Source: an uncultured delta proteobacterium (GTDB taxonomy: Bacteria > Desulfobacterota > BSN033 > UBA1163). From it: DNA of 64,000 nucleotides. The position numbers were made by a program, and so were the translations under genes. Location of the stretch: NCBI GenBank assembly GCA_963827685.1, contig CAWHBU010000002.1, forward strand, positions 1,056,001 through 1,120,000. The letters are read 5' to 3'. Shown piece after piece: positions 48,191 through 58,198 of this stretch. The first letter of the stretch is position 1; every line of letters starts with the position of its first letter. Under the pieces are notes generated by a model. It was not told the DNA's origin. It did not search any database and saw nothing but the letters and a program-made list of their open reading frames with translations.

Positions 48191-49459
48191 ATGGAGAAGA
48201 CCAGCCGGATTTCAGGATTTCACAAAATGGGTTTGGAGGAAAGGCTAAAGATCGTTCAAGGTTTCTCTGATTTAAAAGGAGAAGATCTTAAGACCTTGAC
48301 GAAAGAAGGGGCACTTAACTTTGAGACAGCCGACCGAATGATCGAAAATGTAATCGGAACCATACAGCTTCCGATCGGAATTGCCATGAATTTTCTAATT
48401 AATGGGAAGGAATACCTTATCCCAATGGCTATCGAGGAGCCTTCTGTTGTTGCTGCAGCAAGCAATGCTGCCAGGTTTGCAAGAAGCGGCGGAGGATTTT
48501 TTGTGACGAATACTGGTCCTGTTATGATCGCACAGATTCAGTTGGTCCACATCCCTAATGCCTATGCCACACGGATGGTTCTTTTTGAGAGGAAAGAGGA
48601 AATCTTGGAGGTAGCAAATACTCAGGATCCTATGCTGGTCAGCGTTGGAGGAGGTGCAAAAGATGTTGAGATCAGGGTCCTCGATACACCACTTGGTGAG
48701 ATGGTAATCATCCACCTGATCGTTGATACCCGTGACGCCATGGGTGCCAATGCTGTCAACACCATGGCCGAAGCATTGGCTCCCTTCATTGAGGAATGGA
48801 CAGGAGGAAGGGTCTATTTAAGAATCCTCTCTAACCTTGCAGATAAGAGGCTGGTCAGAGCCAGGACAAAGGTGACGAAAGAGGCTTTGGGTGGTGAAGA
48901 TGCTATTGACGGCATCGTCTATGCACAGGCTTTTGCCGAGGCTGATCCATACCGTGCAGCAACTCACAATAAAGGCATCATGAACGGAGTTATTGCGGTT
49001 ATTATCGCCACTGGAAATGATACCCGCGCCATCGAGGCAGGAGCCCATACCTATGCCGCAAGGTCAGGTCAATATAGCCCATTGACGACCTGGGAAAAAG
49101 ATGTTGATGGAAATCTTGTGGGAACCTTAGAACTTCCTATGGCTGTCGGACTGGTCGGCGGAGCGACAAAAGTGAATCCGGTCTCACAAGTCGCAGTTAG
49201 AATACTCGGTGTGAAATCAGCTGTAGAATTAGGAGAGATCATTGGCGCAGTAGGATTGGCTCAGAATCTGGCAGCCTTAAGAGTTTTAGCGACTGAGGGA
49301 GTTCAGAGAGGGCATATGTCACTTCATGCTAAAAACATAGCTGTGATGGCCGGGGCAACAGGGACTCTCATTGATGAAGTGGCAAAAAGGTTGGTCGAAG
49401 AGAAAAAGGTGAGGGTGGATCGGGCCAAAGAGATTTTAAAAGAGTTCAAGAAAGGTTAA
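48191..49459 (+). CDS. mvaA: Class II (degradative-type) HMG-CoA reductase
   Basis: ENVIG, EEPSVVAA, DAMGAN, RAATHNKG, GHMSLH. Confidence 0.93.
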   Translation: MEKTSRISGFHKMGLEERLKIVQGFSDLKGEDLKTLTKEGALNFETADRMIENVIGTIQLPIGIAMNFLINGKEYLIPMAIEEPSVVAAASNAARFARSGGGFFVTNTGPVMIAQIQLVHIPNAYATRMVLFERKEEILEVANTQDPMLVSVGGGAKDVEIRVLDTPLGEMVIIHLIVDTRDAMGANAVNTMAEALAPFIEEWTGGRVYLRILSNLADKRLVRARTKVTKEALGGEDAIDGIVYAQAFAEADPYRAATHNKGIMNGVIAVIIATGNDTRAIEAGAHTYAARSGQYSPLTTWEKDVDGNLVGTLELPMAVGLVGGATKVNPVSQVAVRILGVKSAVELGEIIGAVGLAQNLAALRVLATEGVQRGHMSLHAKNIAVMAGATGTLIDEVAKRLVEEKKVRVDRAKEILKEFKKG

Positions 49460-49480
49460 GAAAGAGGGGTTAAGAAATAA

Positions 49481-50392
49481 ATGAAGCTTCCAAAATCAGT
49501 CGCTATCGTTGAGGTAGGACCTCGTGATGGACTTCAGAACGAGGGCCGTTTTGTTCCGACAGACCAGAAGATTGAATTGATCGAACGGCTCTCCGAGACC
49601 GGTCTCAAGCGGATTGAGATCACCTCTTTTGTTCATCCCAAAGCAATCCCCCAGCTTCAAGATTCAGAGGAGGTCGTAAGAAGAATCCGGCGAAAGCCGG
49701 GCATCATTTACTCCACCCTTGTCCCAAATGAGAAGGGTTTGGAAAGGGCATTAGCTTCAGGAGTTCAGGAGATTGCTTTCTTCGTCTCTGCTTCTGAAAC
49801 CCACAATCAAAAGAACGTCAAAATGTCTGTGAGCGAATCCCTCAGAGGATTTCGAAATATTGCTGAAAGGGCACTCGCCCATGGGATTCGAATGAGAGGA
49901 TATGTGGTGACGGCCTTCGGGTGTCCCTATGAGGGGAGGATAAAACCCGAAAGGGTTGAGTTCATTGTTGATGAATATAGGACTTTAGGCGTTCATGAAA
50001 TTGCATTAGGAGATACAACTGGAATGGCTAATCCAGTCCAGGTGAGTCGGACGGTGAGCAGAATTAGTCCCAGATTAGAGAAGACAGGCCTTGCCGTTCA
50101 TTTTCATGATACCCGCGGTGTTGCTCTGGCAAATATTCTGGCCGCTCTTCAGGAGGGAGTGACGGTTTTCGATGGGTCAATTGGGGGGCTGGGGGGGTGT
50201 CCTTATGCTCCAGGGGCTTCGGGAAATGTTGCGACTGAAGATTTAGTTAATATGCTGGAGGAAATGGGAATTGAGACAGGTATTGATCTCCAAAAATTGA
50301 TCGGTTGTGCCGAGTATGCCAGAACAATTACGCAAAAAGACCTTCGAAGTCATCTTCTCAGTGCAGGAACAATTTGCTGGGAAGGGACTTAA
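49481..50392 (+). CDS. mvaB: HMG-CoA lyase
   Basis: EVGPRDGLQNE, HFHDT, GGCPYAPGASGN. Confidence 0.93.
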   Translation: MKLPKSVAIVEVGPRDGLQNEGRFVPTDQKIELIERLSETGLKRIEITSFVHPKAIPQLQDSEEVVRRIRRKPGIIYSTLVPNEKGLERALASGVQEIAFFVSASETHNQKNVKMSVSESLRGFRNIAERALAHGIRMRGYVVTAFGCPYEGRIKPERVEFIVDEYRTLGVHEIALGDTTGMANPVQVSRTVSRISPRLEKTGLAVHFHDTRGVALANILAALQEGVTVFDGSIGGLGGCPYAPGASGNVATEDLVNMLEEMGIETGIDLQKLIGCAEYARTITQKDLRSHLLSAGTICWEGT

Positions 50393-50669
50393 TCTTTCCT
50401 CTTTTCCAGATTGTGGTGGGGATCTTTTTATCAGGGATTGACAATCCACATAGCAGGTGAAAGGGATAACCGAAGGGAACGAGGAGAAATTTATAGGTCG
50501 CGAATTACGATATCGAAGGAGTTTCAATATCTGCTATCTATCATCTGTTTCCGATATTTCAAAAAAGCCACGATCTGATTTTCATAAACTCAGCTGGGAT
50601 ACGTGATTTCTACCTGACCTTCCCCCGAGTTGATGGACACACCTGAGAATTTGTATCATTGGACAGGAG

Positions 50670-50972
50670 GTGCGTATGGGGGAAAAGAATCGTCATTTCA
50701 GCCGTGAGTTCAAACGAGATGCAGTGCAGTTGGTCACAGAGAAAGGGATGCCGGTAGGCAAGGTGGCCCGAGAGCTTGATATCCATCCCAATCTTCTTCA
50801 TCTATGGAGGAGGAGGTTCTTAGCTAAAGGGGATAAAGCCTTCGTAGGGAAGGGCCGTGTAACGCCAGAGGAAGCGGAAATAAAGGGGCTCCGGAAGGAA
50901 TTAGAAAAGGTGAAGGAAGAGAGGGACATTTTAAAAAAAGCCTTGGCCGTATTCTCCAAACGAAACAGATGA
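50670..50972 (+). CDS. IS3 transposase OrfA
   Basis: Protein identical to 36173-36475. Confidence 0.95.
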   Translation: MRMGEKNRHFSREFKRDAVQLVTEKGMPVGKVARELDIHPNLLHLWRRRFLAKGDKAFVGKGRVTPEEAEIKGLRKELEKVKEERDILKKALAVFSKRNR

Positions 50973-51826
50973 AGTATCGGTTGATAGAAGAGCACAGAGA
51001 GACCTACAAGATAAGGAGTATGAGTGAAGTGTTGAAGGTATCCAGAAGTGGTTATTATGCGTGGAAGACGCGTCAACCGAGCACACGTCAGAAAGACGAT
51101 GAGGAGTTGCTGGGGCACATACGGGAGATCCACACTCAAAGCAGAAGGCTCTATGGGAGTCCGCGGATCGCAGCGGAGCTCAATAAGCAGGGTCTTAGAT
51201 GTGGGAAGAACCGGGTAGCCAGGATCATGAAAGAGCACTCCATATGGGCAGAAGTGAAGAAAAAGAGATTCAGGCGGACTACCGATTCACGGCATCATTA
51301 TGCCTTGGCTGCAAACTTACTGATTGACCAGAGGCAGACAGAGGGGGTATGGGCATCTGATATTACGTTTGTGCCCACTTCTGAGGGATGGCTCTATGTG
51401 GCAGCAGTGATGAATGTGAAAAGCAGAAAGATCATTGGGCTGTCCATGAGCGATAAGCTCTCTCAGGAGCTAGCTTCTGCTGCGCTCAGGGACGCGGTGG
51501 GCAGGCAAAGCCCCTCTGAAGGGTTGATCCACCATTCTGATCGAGGCAGGCAGTATGCAAGCTATGCCTATCAGGAGCTTTTAAGAGAATACGGCATGAC
51601 TCCTAGTATGAGCAGAAGTGGCAATTGTTATGATAATGCCTATGTGGAGTCTTTCTTTGGCACGCTCAAGACGGAGTTGGTCCATGGTGAGCGGTACCGT
51701 TCAAGGCTGGAGGCGAGGCTTAGTATTTTTGAGTACGTGGAAGTGTTTTATAATCGTCAGAGGAGTCATTCGGCATTAGGGTACAGGAGCCCAGAGCAGT
51801 ATGAAAAGCTCCTTAATGAAACTTAA
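50969..51826 (+). CDS. IS3 transposase OrfB
   Basis: Protein identical to 35319-36176. Confidence 0.95.
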   Translation: MKYRLIEEHRETYKIRSMSEVLKVSRSGYYAWKTRQPSTRQKDDEELLGHIREIHTQSRRLYGSPRIAAELNKQGLRCGKNRVARIMKEHSIWAEVKKKRFRRTTDSRHHYALAANLLIDQRQTEGVWASDITFVPTSEGWLYVAAVMNVKSRKIIGLSMSDKLSQELASAALRDAVGRQSPSEGLIHHSDRGRQYASYAYQELLREYGMTPSMSRSGNCYDNAYVESFFGTLKTELVHGERYRSRLEARLSIFEYVEVFYNRQRSHSALGYRSPEQYEKLLNET

Positions 51827-52133
51827 TCATGTGTCCACTTTTTCAGGGGAAGGTCAACCAGTAATCCTCAGCCCAAGATGTTATCGTTAAGCGATGACTT
51901 GTAGGTACTCCTCAATTTGGGGTTTCTCCAAATATCTTCGTCTGTCCTATCCAATTAAGGTTCCCCTTTCAATTCTCATTGACAGTCTTATCACAAGAAT
52001 CAAGACACTGTCTGAAAAAAATTCCTATAACCTCGACAAAATGTCACCTCACATTAAGACCTACCCTTAAACATATTTAAGATTAAGCGTTGAGCTTCAA
52101 ATAGTTATGTAACTCCCGTAATTAGGCTTCTTG

Positions 52134-52150
52134 TGGGCATACTTATTGCT
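52134..52150 (+). promoter_or_regulatory. sigma54 promoter
   Basis: TGGGCATACTTATTGCT, GG-N10-GC. Confidence 0.6.
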
Positions 52151-52385
52151 CTGCAATCCTGGTAATCGCAATTTAGGAAGGGAGCAATTGGTGGCAATGG
52201 AAGCAAAGGCGAGAAGGGCTGAAAATTCTTTTTTGGAAACTAATTATTATCGGGAAACGGTTAAGGTCGCTTCCTTTTCAATTTTCATTGTGACCTTTTT
52301 TCTTATAGTCTTGCTCTCTCGTCTTATTTCTTCTCTATTCTTTATTCTGGAATATGCTTCCCGGCTATTAAGAAAAGTAAGACTC

Positions 52386-52778
52386 ATGGAGAGAGAAGAA
52401 AAGGAGATTAACTCCCATTCTGAGACAGACCCCGACCATGAAAGAAGAAAATATCCCAGGTTTAATGTGTATTGGCCGATCCAGTATAATCAAATTGGCT
52501 CATCCATCAGCCATGATGGTCGAGTAACGAATCTTAGCGAAGGTGGGATGTTAATCCGGTCTCCTAAGCAGATGAAGATTGGTCAACATCTAAAGTCAAA
52601 ACTTTCTTTCATTTCAGGTTCTCAAATTAATACAATCGAAATGCAGGCTGAGGTGGTGTGGAGGGACATTTATCCGAAGGAAGCGTGGGGAGATTATCGG
52701 TGCGGAGCGAAATTTCTCGATATCTCTGCAAGGGATAAGACTGAGCTGAATAATCTCTTGATGAGCGTTCCACAATAA
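52386..52778 (+). CDS. PilZ domain protein (c-di-GMP receptor)
   Basis: RRKYPR (RxxxR) and NLSEGG (D/NxSxxG); start uncertain, ORF open from 52131. Confidence 0.85.
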   Translation: MEREEKEINSHSETDPDHERRKYPRFNVYWPIQYNQIGSSISHDGRVTNLSEGGMLIRSPKQMKIGQHLKSKLSFISGSQINTIEMQAEVVWRDIYPKEAWGDYRCGAKFLDISARDKTELNNLLMSVPQ

Positions 52779-52870
52779 TCACCTTATTCTCCCTAATGCT
52801 TGTTTTACCGAACGGTATTTCCATACCTCGGTTTTAGTGCGCGATAAGGGGAACGGCGATGCGCGATACG

Positions 52871-52953
52871 GGGGACGTAGTTCAAAATTAATACTTATTC
52901 CTCTCTCCTTCCATATTCTGAATGGGTTTAGCAATTGCTGTAGTGCGTCCCCC
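52871..52953. repeat. Inverted-repeat REP-like element GGGGACG...CGTCCCC
   Basis: GGGGACGTAGT...AGTGCGTCCCC arms. Confidence 0.55.
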
Positions 52954-53462
52954 GAATGGCCGGGCGATCTCAGCCCTCGAAATCCCGAACTCATGACTTA
53001 AATCCTAATAATATGAGGGGTCGTAGGTTCTAAAGCAATTTGTTGGTAATTGCTTTCGATGGATTATCGGAATTAGTAAAATATGGATAAAGTGCTTCAG
53101 AACCCACGGCCCCTTTTTCTACATCCAGGAGCCTTTTGACGGCATCCTCTAAACTTTCCAGTCCTCTGCCCTTACCCTTTCCTCTATACAAAAACTCCCA
53201 TTCATTACGCACTCTATCCTCACTTTATTGACTTCTTGCAGCAACTGCAATACTATTAAAATTGTTAGGTCCTTGGATGGAGTGTGTCGGCTGGTCCGTC
53301 TTGGATAGCAGGAGGTTAGTATCAAAAACAAAATCAAAAGGTGTGGAAAAAGTAGGAAAGGCGGCGCATCCTTTCAGAGGACAACAACTCAGGCGGACCC
53401 AGGCTCTAAAACATTTTAAGACATATTAAATACCATCATGTTAATTCTTCCAAAATAGAGAG

Positions 53463-55121
53463 ATGCAAATCTGGAATCGTATCTGCGTTTGGCTGGACAA
53501 TCGTGAAAACCTGCTGCTGCTTGCCCTCATTCTGGCCCACCTGATTCCCATTTGGGTATTCCAATACTTTCCATCCCAGGATGGACCCACCCACATTGAA
53601 AACGCCAGTATTATCTTCGATTACTTTCATCCAGATCGGGCCGTTTTCCGAGAATACTACCTATTCAATAAAAACCTCGAACCCACTTGGCTCGGGCATC
53701 TCGTCCTGGTGGGCCTGATGGTTATCGTGCCGGTCTTCATCGTCGAGAAGATCTTCTTGAGCGGCTATATCATTCTCTTGCCTTTGTCGATTCGTTATGC
53801 GCTGGGTGCAGTTCGACCCGGCTCGGGATTCCTCACGCTCCTGATGTTCCCATTTATCTATAATTACCCATTGCATATGGGTTTCTACTCTTTCTCTTAC
53901 AGCCTGCCAGTATTCTTTTTTTCAATGGGCTACTGGATGAGGTACCGCGAGCAGTTCACACTGCGAAAGACGGTAAAGCTGGCCTTTCTTTCGTTGTTGC
54001 TCTACTTTTCTCACATCGTATCATTGGTGATGGCCTATGCAGGTATGACACTACTGACGTTGTGGCTTATGTCGTTTGACCTGATTCAAGATAAGCGTAC
54101 GCGGCAATTTGACTTCCAGGTGCCCTGGAAAGCATTCAGGAGACGAGTCATTCCTCTGGTTTTAGCATTTTTGCCGACGATTATTTTGGTCGTGTTTTTT
54201 CTTTTCAAGCAGGGATTGGAATCTCCAGAGATAGGAATAAGAAGGTCTTTTTATTGGCTATTTAAAGATCTGACACAAATTGAATCGCTGGTATCGTTCC
54301 AGAGAGAGGAGTCTTTCTGTTCTATAGGACTGGGGATTCTTTTTGCGGCTGTCTTCATCTACCTTGCAGTGTCGAAAATAAGGCATAGACGGTCAGATCG
54401 TTGGGACGGTCTTCTCACGGTAGTTCTTGGGTATGTCTTGATTTACCTTTTTGTTCCTAATGCAATGTCTGAAGGTTCTTTCATTACTGACAGGCTCAAC
54501 CTCTATCCTTTTTTTGCATTAGTTCTCTGGTTCGGGGTCCAGCCTTATCCTGGAAGCGTGAAGCGGGGAATCGTGCTCGTTGCGATGGTCATCACGGTGG
54601 CCTCATTAGGGTTGCACGCATTGAAATACTCGGAGCTCAATGATTATTTGGCAGAATACCTTTCGGGAATGCACCTTATCAAGCCCAACACAACTCTTTT
54701 GCCCCTGGCTTTCGACTCCCGGGGGCACGCGCCCGACGGAAGGGTTCTCTCACTGAAGGTCCGGCCTTTCCTCCATGCCTCGGGTCATATAGCAGCCCAA
54801 AGGCATGTCGTAGAATTCACCAATTACGAAGCCGGGACGTACAACTATTTTCCGACAATCTTCCGGTCAAATCTTAATCCGTATCTACATATTGGAATTA
54901 AGGACAGATCCATCGTATGGGAACCTCCTCAAGTAGATTTCCTCACCTACGCAGAACGTACCGGGGGACAAGTCGACTACGTACTTATTTGGGGTATTCA
55001 AGAACGTCAGCGAAATCATGAAGCGACAAAGTCGATATATCAACAACTCAAGAAGGGTTATGACTTAATTTATACCTCTCCAAGAACAGGATTGATGCAG
55101 TTATATAGACAAAAAAATTGA
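53463..55121 (+). CDS. Polytopic membrane protein, possible GT-C glycosyltransferase
   Basis: About 12 TM segments, SQDGPTH in the first loop, periplasmic C-terminus. Confidence 0.6.
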   Translation: MQIWNRICVWLDNRENLLLLALILAHLIPIWVFQYFPSQDGPTHIENASIIFDYFHPDRAVFREYYLFNKNLEPTWLGHLVLVGLMVIVPVFIVEKIFLSGYIILLPLSIRYALGAVRPGSGFLTLLMFPFIYNYPLHMGFYSFSYSLPVFFFSMGYWMRYREQFTLRKTVKLAFLSLLLYFSHIVSLVMAYAGMTLLTLWLMSFDLIQDKRTRQFDFQVPWKAFRRRVIPLVLAFLPTIILVVFFLFKQGLESPEIGIRRSFYWLFKDLTQIESLVSFQREESFCSIGLGILFAAVFIYLAVSKIRHRRSDRWDGLLTVVLGYVLIYLFVPNAMSEGSFITDRLNLYPFFALVLWFGVQPYPGSVKRGIVLVAMVITVASLGLHALKYSELNDYLAEYLSGMHLIKPNTTLLPLAFDSRGHAPDGRVLSLKVRPFLHASGHIAAQRHVVEFTNYEAGTYNYFPTIFRSNLNPYLHIGIKDRSIVWEPPQVDFLTYAERTGGQVDYVLIWGIQERQRNHEATKSIYQQLKKGYDLIYTSPRTGLMQLYRQKN

Positions 55122-55148
55122 CGGGATATAGGGGACGGCTTCTCTTAT

Positions 55149-55301
55149 GAAGGCCCCCGACCACAAGCCGGGGCTTCCCGGGCACGTAGTGGCGAGCGGA
55201 AAGCGAGCAAAGGAAATATCGTTTTAATTGTGCCCCTTGAGCCCGCCTACCTGCCTACCGCAGGCAGGCAAGGCGGGGCTTGCGGGGCACTTGCCTGTCA
55301 A
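55149..55301. mobile_element. Non-autonomous IS200/IS605-like palindromic mini-element with a nested 19-nt insert
   Basis: GAAGGCCCC...GGGCTTC and GCCCC..GAGCCCGCC...GGCGGGGCTT..GGGGCAC hairpins; ends TCAA; insert at 55250-55268. Confidence 0.65.
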
Positions 55302-55476
55302 AGCAATCATTGCGAGGTGTCCCACTTTACCGGGACGGTGCAGAGGCTTCGTTCGCAATGACGCCTTGCCATGGCAACTGATATATAACATTTGCCATAA
55401 TTCTGGTACCATTTGCATATTTTCAACGGGATGGTTAAGATTTTCAGATATCTCCCTTGGCACATGGAGGCGAAGT

Positions 55477-56118
55477 ATGGTCAAGAAAAAAGGTCTGCTT
55501 ATTATTCTCATTTTCGGTCTCCTGATGGGATGCAACGGAGCTCCTGTCCGTGAGGAGGTCAAAGTTGATCGCAGTCTTCCCGTAGGTAAGATTGAAAGGA
55601 ATCAATTTGTTGGGATTCGGTATCCATTTAAGATCTCGGGTCTTCCCCATTGGAAAGTAACGACTGAGATTCCAGATTTTATGGAGGGATTGGGTTACTC
55701 AAGACAAGGATTGGAATCGTCGCAGCTCTTCATTTTCAATCCCTCAACCCACTCGAACCTTCAGATTGATTTCCAACCAGCCGGCAGACGTGCAAAGTTT
55801 AGCCAGGCTATGATCGAAGCGCTGACAGGCATGGTGACAGAAGGGGTGAAATCCGAATTGGAGGAAGATTACGGAAAGGATCTTCGGGTGGAGTCCGATC
55901 CCACAGAACCGATCTCACTCAAGGGGGTCCAGTATGCAGCCAAGAAATACGTGACTTTCACCCTAAACGGGGTGAAGCGAGAGCAAGGATGGATTTATGC
56001 TTTTACAGAGCCGTACCAGATCTTTATCCTTTACGTGATATTGGAGAAAGAGACGACAAACGATCGCGCGGATATGAAGAAGATCTTAGATTCCTTCGAG
56101 GTCATACCGAAAAAATAG
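55477..56118 (+). CDS. Lipoprotein of unknown function (PsbP-like fold possible)
   Basis: GGAGG RBS; KKK + hydrophobic stretch + LMGC lipobox. Confidence 0.7.
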   Translation: MVKKKGLLIILIFGLLMGCNGAPVREEVKVDRSLPVGKIERNQFVGIRYPFKISGLPHWKVTTEIPDFMEGLGYSRQGLESSQLFIFNPSTHSNLQIDFQPAGRRAKFSQAMIEALTGMVTEGVKSELEEDYGKDLRVESDPTEPISLKGVQYAAKKYVTFTLNGVKREQGWIYAFTEPYQIFILYVILEKETTNDRADMKKILDSFEVIPKK

Positions 56119-56287
56119 AAAAGAAGGAGATCATGTTCTCATCCACACAAGGATGAAACATGTGTGTAGGGTGGGTTCAGATAACGCACCGTTTAAAGGC
56201 GTCGCCCTTCACCATACGTCCGCGGCCCAAGACGTTGGCTTTCTGCCGCTTTTTCCCCCCTCAAATTGATGAAGATTGAGGTGGGAT

Positions 56288-57478
56288 TCACGTCCAAATA
56301 CCGGGGATAGGCTTTCCACAGTACTTGCACTTTCCAGCCTTCAAGTTGATTTCTCCAACCATATATCCTGTCCGCTGGATGACCATTTTTTTGCACTTTG
56401 GGCAAAAGGTGTTTTCGCCCTCGTGACCCGGTACATTCCCAACATAGACATATTCAAGACCCACAGATAAGGCTACTGCCCGGGCTTTATCCAATGTCGA
56501 AACTGGGGTTGGGGGAAGGGTCTTGAGCTTGTACAAAGGATAGAACCGCGAGAAATGGACAGGAGTATCCGCTCCCAATTCCTTTTTTATCCAGAGGCAC
56601 ATCTCTTTTATCACTGACATCTCATCATTCTTTGTAGGAATAACGAGGTTTGTGATCTCCAGGTGGACTTTTTTCCGCCTCAGCGTCTTCAATGTCTCAA
56701 GCACCGGAGAAAGTTCCCCACTACACAATTCGTGATAAAAATTCTCCGTAAATCCCTTCAAATCGATATTCGCTGCATCTAACACGTTGCACAGATTTTT
56801 GAGAGGGTCTGGATTGATAAAACCATTCGAGTGGTAGACATTCAGAAGTCCTGACTTCTTAGCGAGCGTACCAATGTCTATCATGTATTCATAAAAGATG
56901 GTCGGCTCCACATAGGTGTAAGCAACCGAACGGGCTCCTATCTCTTTCGCCCTCTTCACCGTCAACTCTGGTGGGACCTCGTAACTATCGACACCTTCCG
57001 GAGCGGCCTGGGAGATCTCCCAATTCTGGCAGAACTTGCACTGGAAATTGCATCCTGCTGTGGCGAGGGAGAAGGAAGTTGTGCCAGGAAGGAGATGAAA
57101 AAAAGGTTTCTTCTCAATCGGGTCTAAATGGACCGCACAGGGATTTCCATAGACCAGGCTGTAATATTTTCCATCCCGGTTTTCGCGCACCCTGCAAATG
57201 CCTCTCTTTCCCTTAGCCACGCGACAGCGATGAGGGCACAGTTCACACCGGATTTCTCCTCCATCGAGCGAAGTGAAATAGGGGGACAGCTTTGTCTTGA
57301 TGAGCCCCTTCTTAGCCATTTGTGCACGGGAGGTATCCGGAAGGCCGAGGAGATATCCAGCGGACAGTAGACAGAAACTTGTTCCACAGAGTCGAAGAAA
57401 ATCACGTTTTGAAAGTTGGAGATCGGGCCCAGGTTGGTCCCACCTCGATCTTCTATTGCTGATAATCGGTTCACTCAT
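56288..57478 (-). CDS. amrS: AmmeMemoRadiSam radical SAM enzyme, second paralog, with Tat-like signal
   Basis: Same motifs as 37719-38927; SKRDFLR signal. Confidence 0.92.
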   Translation of the reverse strand: MSEPIISNRRSRWDQPGPDLQLSKRDFLRLCGTSFCLLSAGYLLGLPDTSRAQMAKKGLIKTKLSPYFTSLDGGEIRCELCPHRCRVAKGKRGICRVRENRDGKYYSLVYGNPCAVHLDPIEKKPFFHLLPGTTSFSLATAGCNFQCKFCQNWEISQAAPEGVDSYEVPPELTVKRAKEIGARSVAYTYVEPTIFYEYMIDIGTLAKKSGLLNVYHSNGFINPDPLKNLCNVLDAANIDLKGFTENFYHELCSGELSPVLETLKTLRRKKVHLEITNLVIPTKNDEMSVIKEMCLWIKKELGADTPVHFSRFYPLYKLKTLPPTPVSTLDKARAVALSVGLEYVYVGNVPGHEGENTFCPKCKKMVIQRTGYMVGEINLKAGKCKYCGKPIPGIWT

Positions 57479-57588
57479 GGTTTAGTCCCCTTCACGGATC
57501 ACGGGTGCACATACAGTTTAAATTACTTAGAATGGATTTGCCAGTCAATATTTTTTTCAATGGGCATTGTTCCTCAAAGGAGGACAGT

Positions 57589-57950
57589 TTAACTCTTCGG
57601 ACGAATGGTTTGCTCCTCCTCGTATCCTTGTTGAGATTCGATGATGACCTTCATGGCCGATTCACGGTTCTCCCAGCCTTCCACATCGGTTTTTTTCCGC
57701 TCCAATTCTTTATAAATTGAGAAGAAGTGTTCTATCTCCTTCAGTAAATGGGGTGGAACATCGGAAAGCTCTCCATGGTATTCCAGAATGGATCAGAAAC
57801 AGGAACCCAGAGAATCTTTTCATCCGGTCCCTTTTCGTCCTACACCGCAAACAACCCTACAGGGGTGGCTTCAACGATACAGCCGGGAAAGGTAGGCTCC
57901 CACACCAATACAAGGGCATCAAGGACTTCTCCATCCTTCGCTAAGGTTTT
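57589..57950 (-). pseudogene. ppa: Family I inorganic pyrophosphatase pseudogene
   Basis: Manual translation [18 protein letters not shown]...*DEKGPDEKIL..[frameshift]..EIEHFFSIYKELE; 5' part lost. Confidence 0.8.
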
Positions 57951-58198
57951 TCAAAATAAAAAAGTTGGTCCTGTCAAACGTAATAAAGCGCATAGCAAAT
58001 AGATATTGCCCATGGCGCATAGACCAAAGAGCATAGCGACCATTGCCCACAAAGCGGAGGTCTTACTTAATAATTGGTTCTTTCCAAATGATGATGATTG
58101 GGCAAATCGGTGAATAGGTGACTTCGTTATCAGACAAATCTTCTTTCTAATTGGTAAAACTCCATTGTGTTGAATCAGGTTTCATGTTATAAAAGAAC

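Larger units (their letters stand above)
50615..51856 (+). mobile_element. IS3-family element, second copy (inverted), ACC target duplication
   Basis: Same 1242-bp element; ACC on both flanks. Confidence 0.95.

Noticed and set aside
35289-51856. Composite transposon or inversion between the two inverted IS3 copies
   Set aside because: Each copy has its own matched target duplication (AGT/AGT and ACC/ACC), so they are independent insertions with no recombination between them.
55228-55476. N-terminal extension of the lipoprotein in the ORF track
   Set aside because: It is translated mini-element and REP sequence; RBS and lipobox support the start at 55477.
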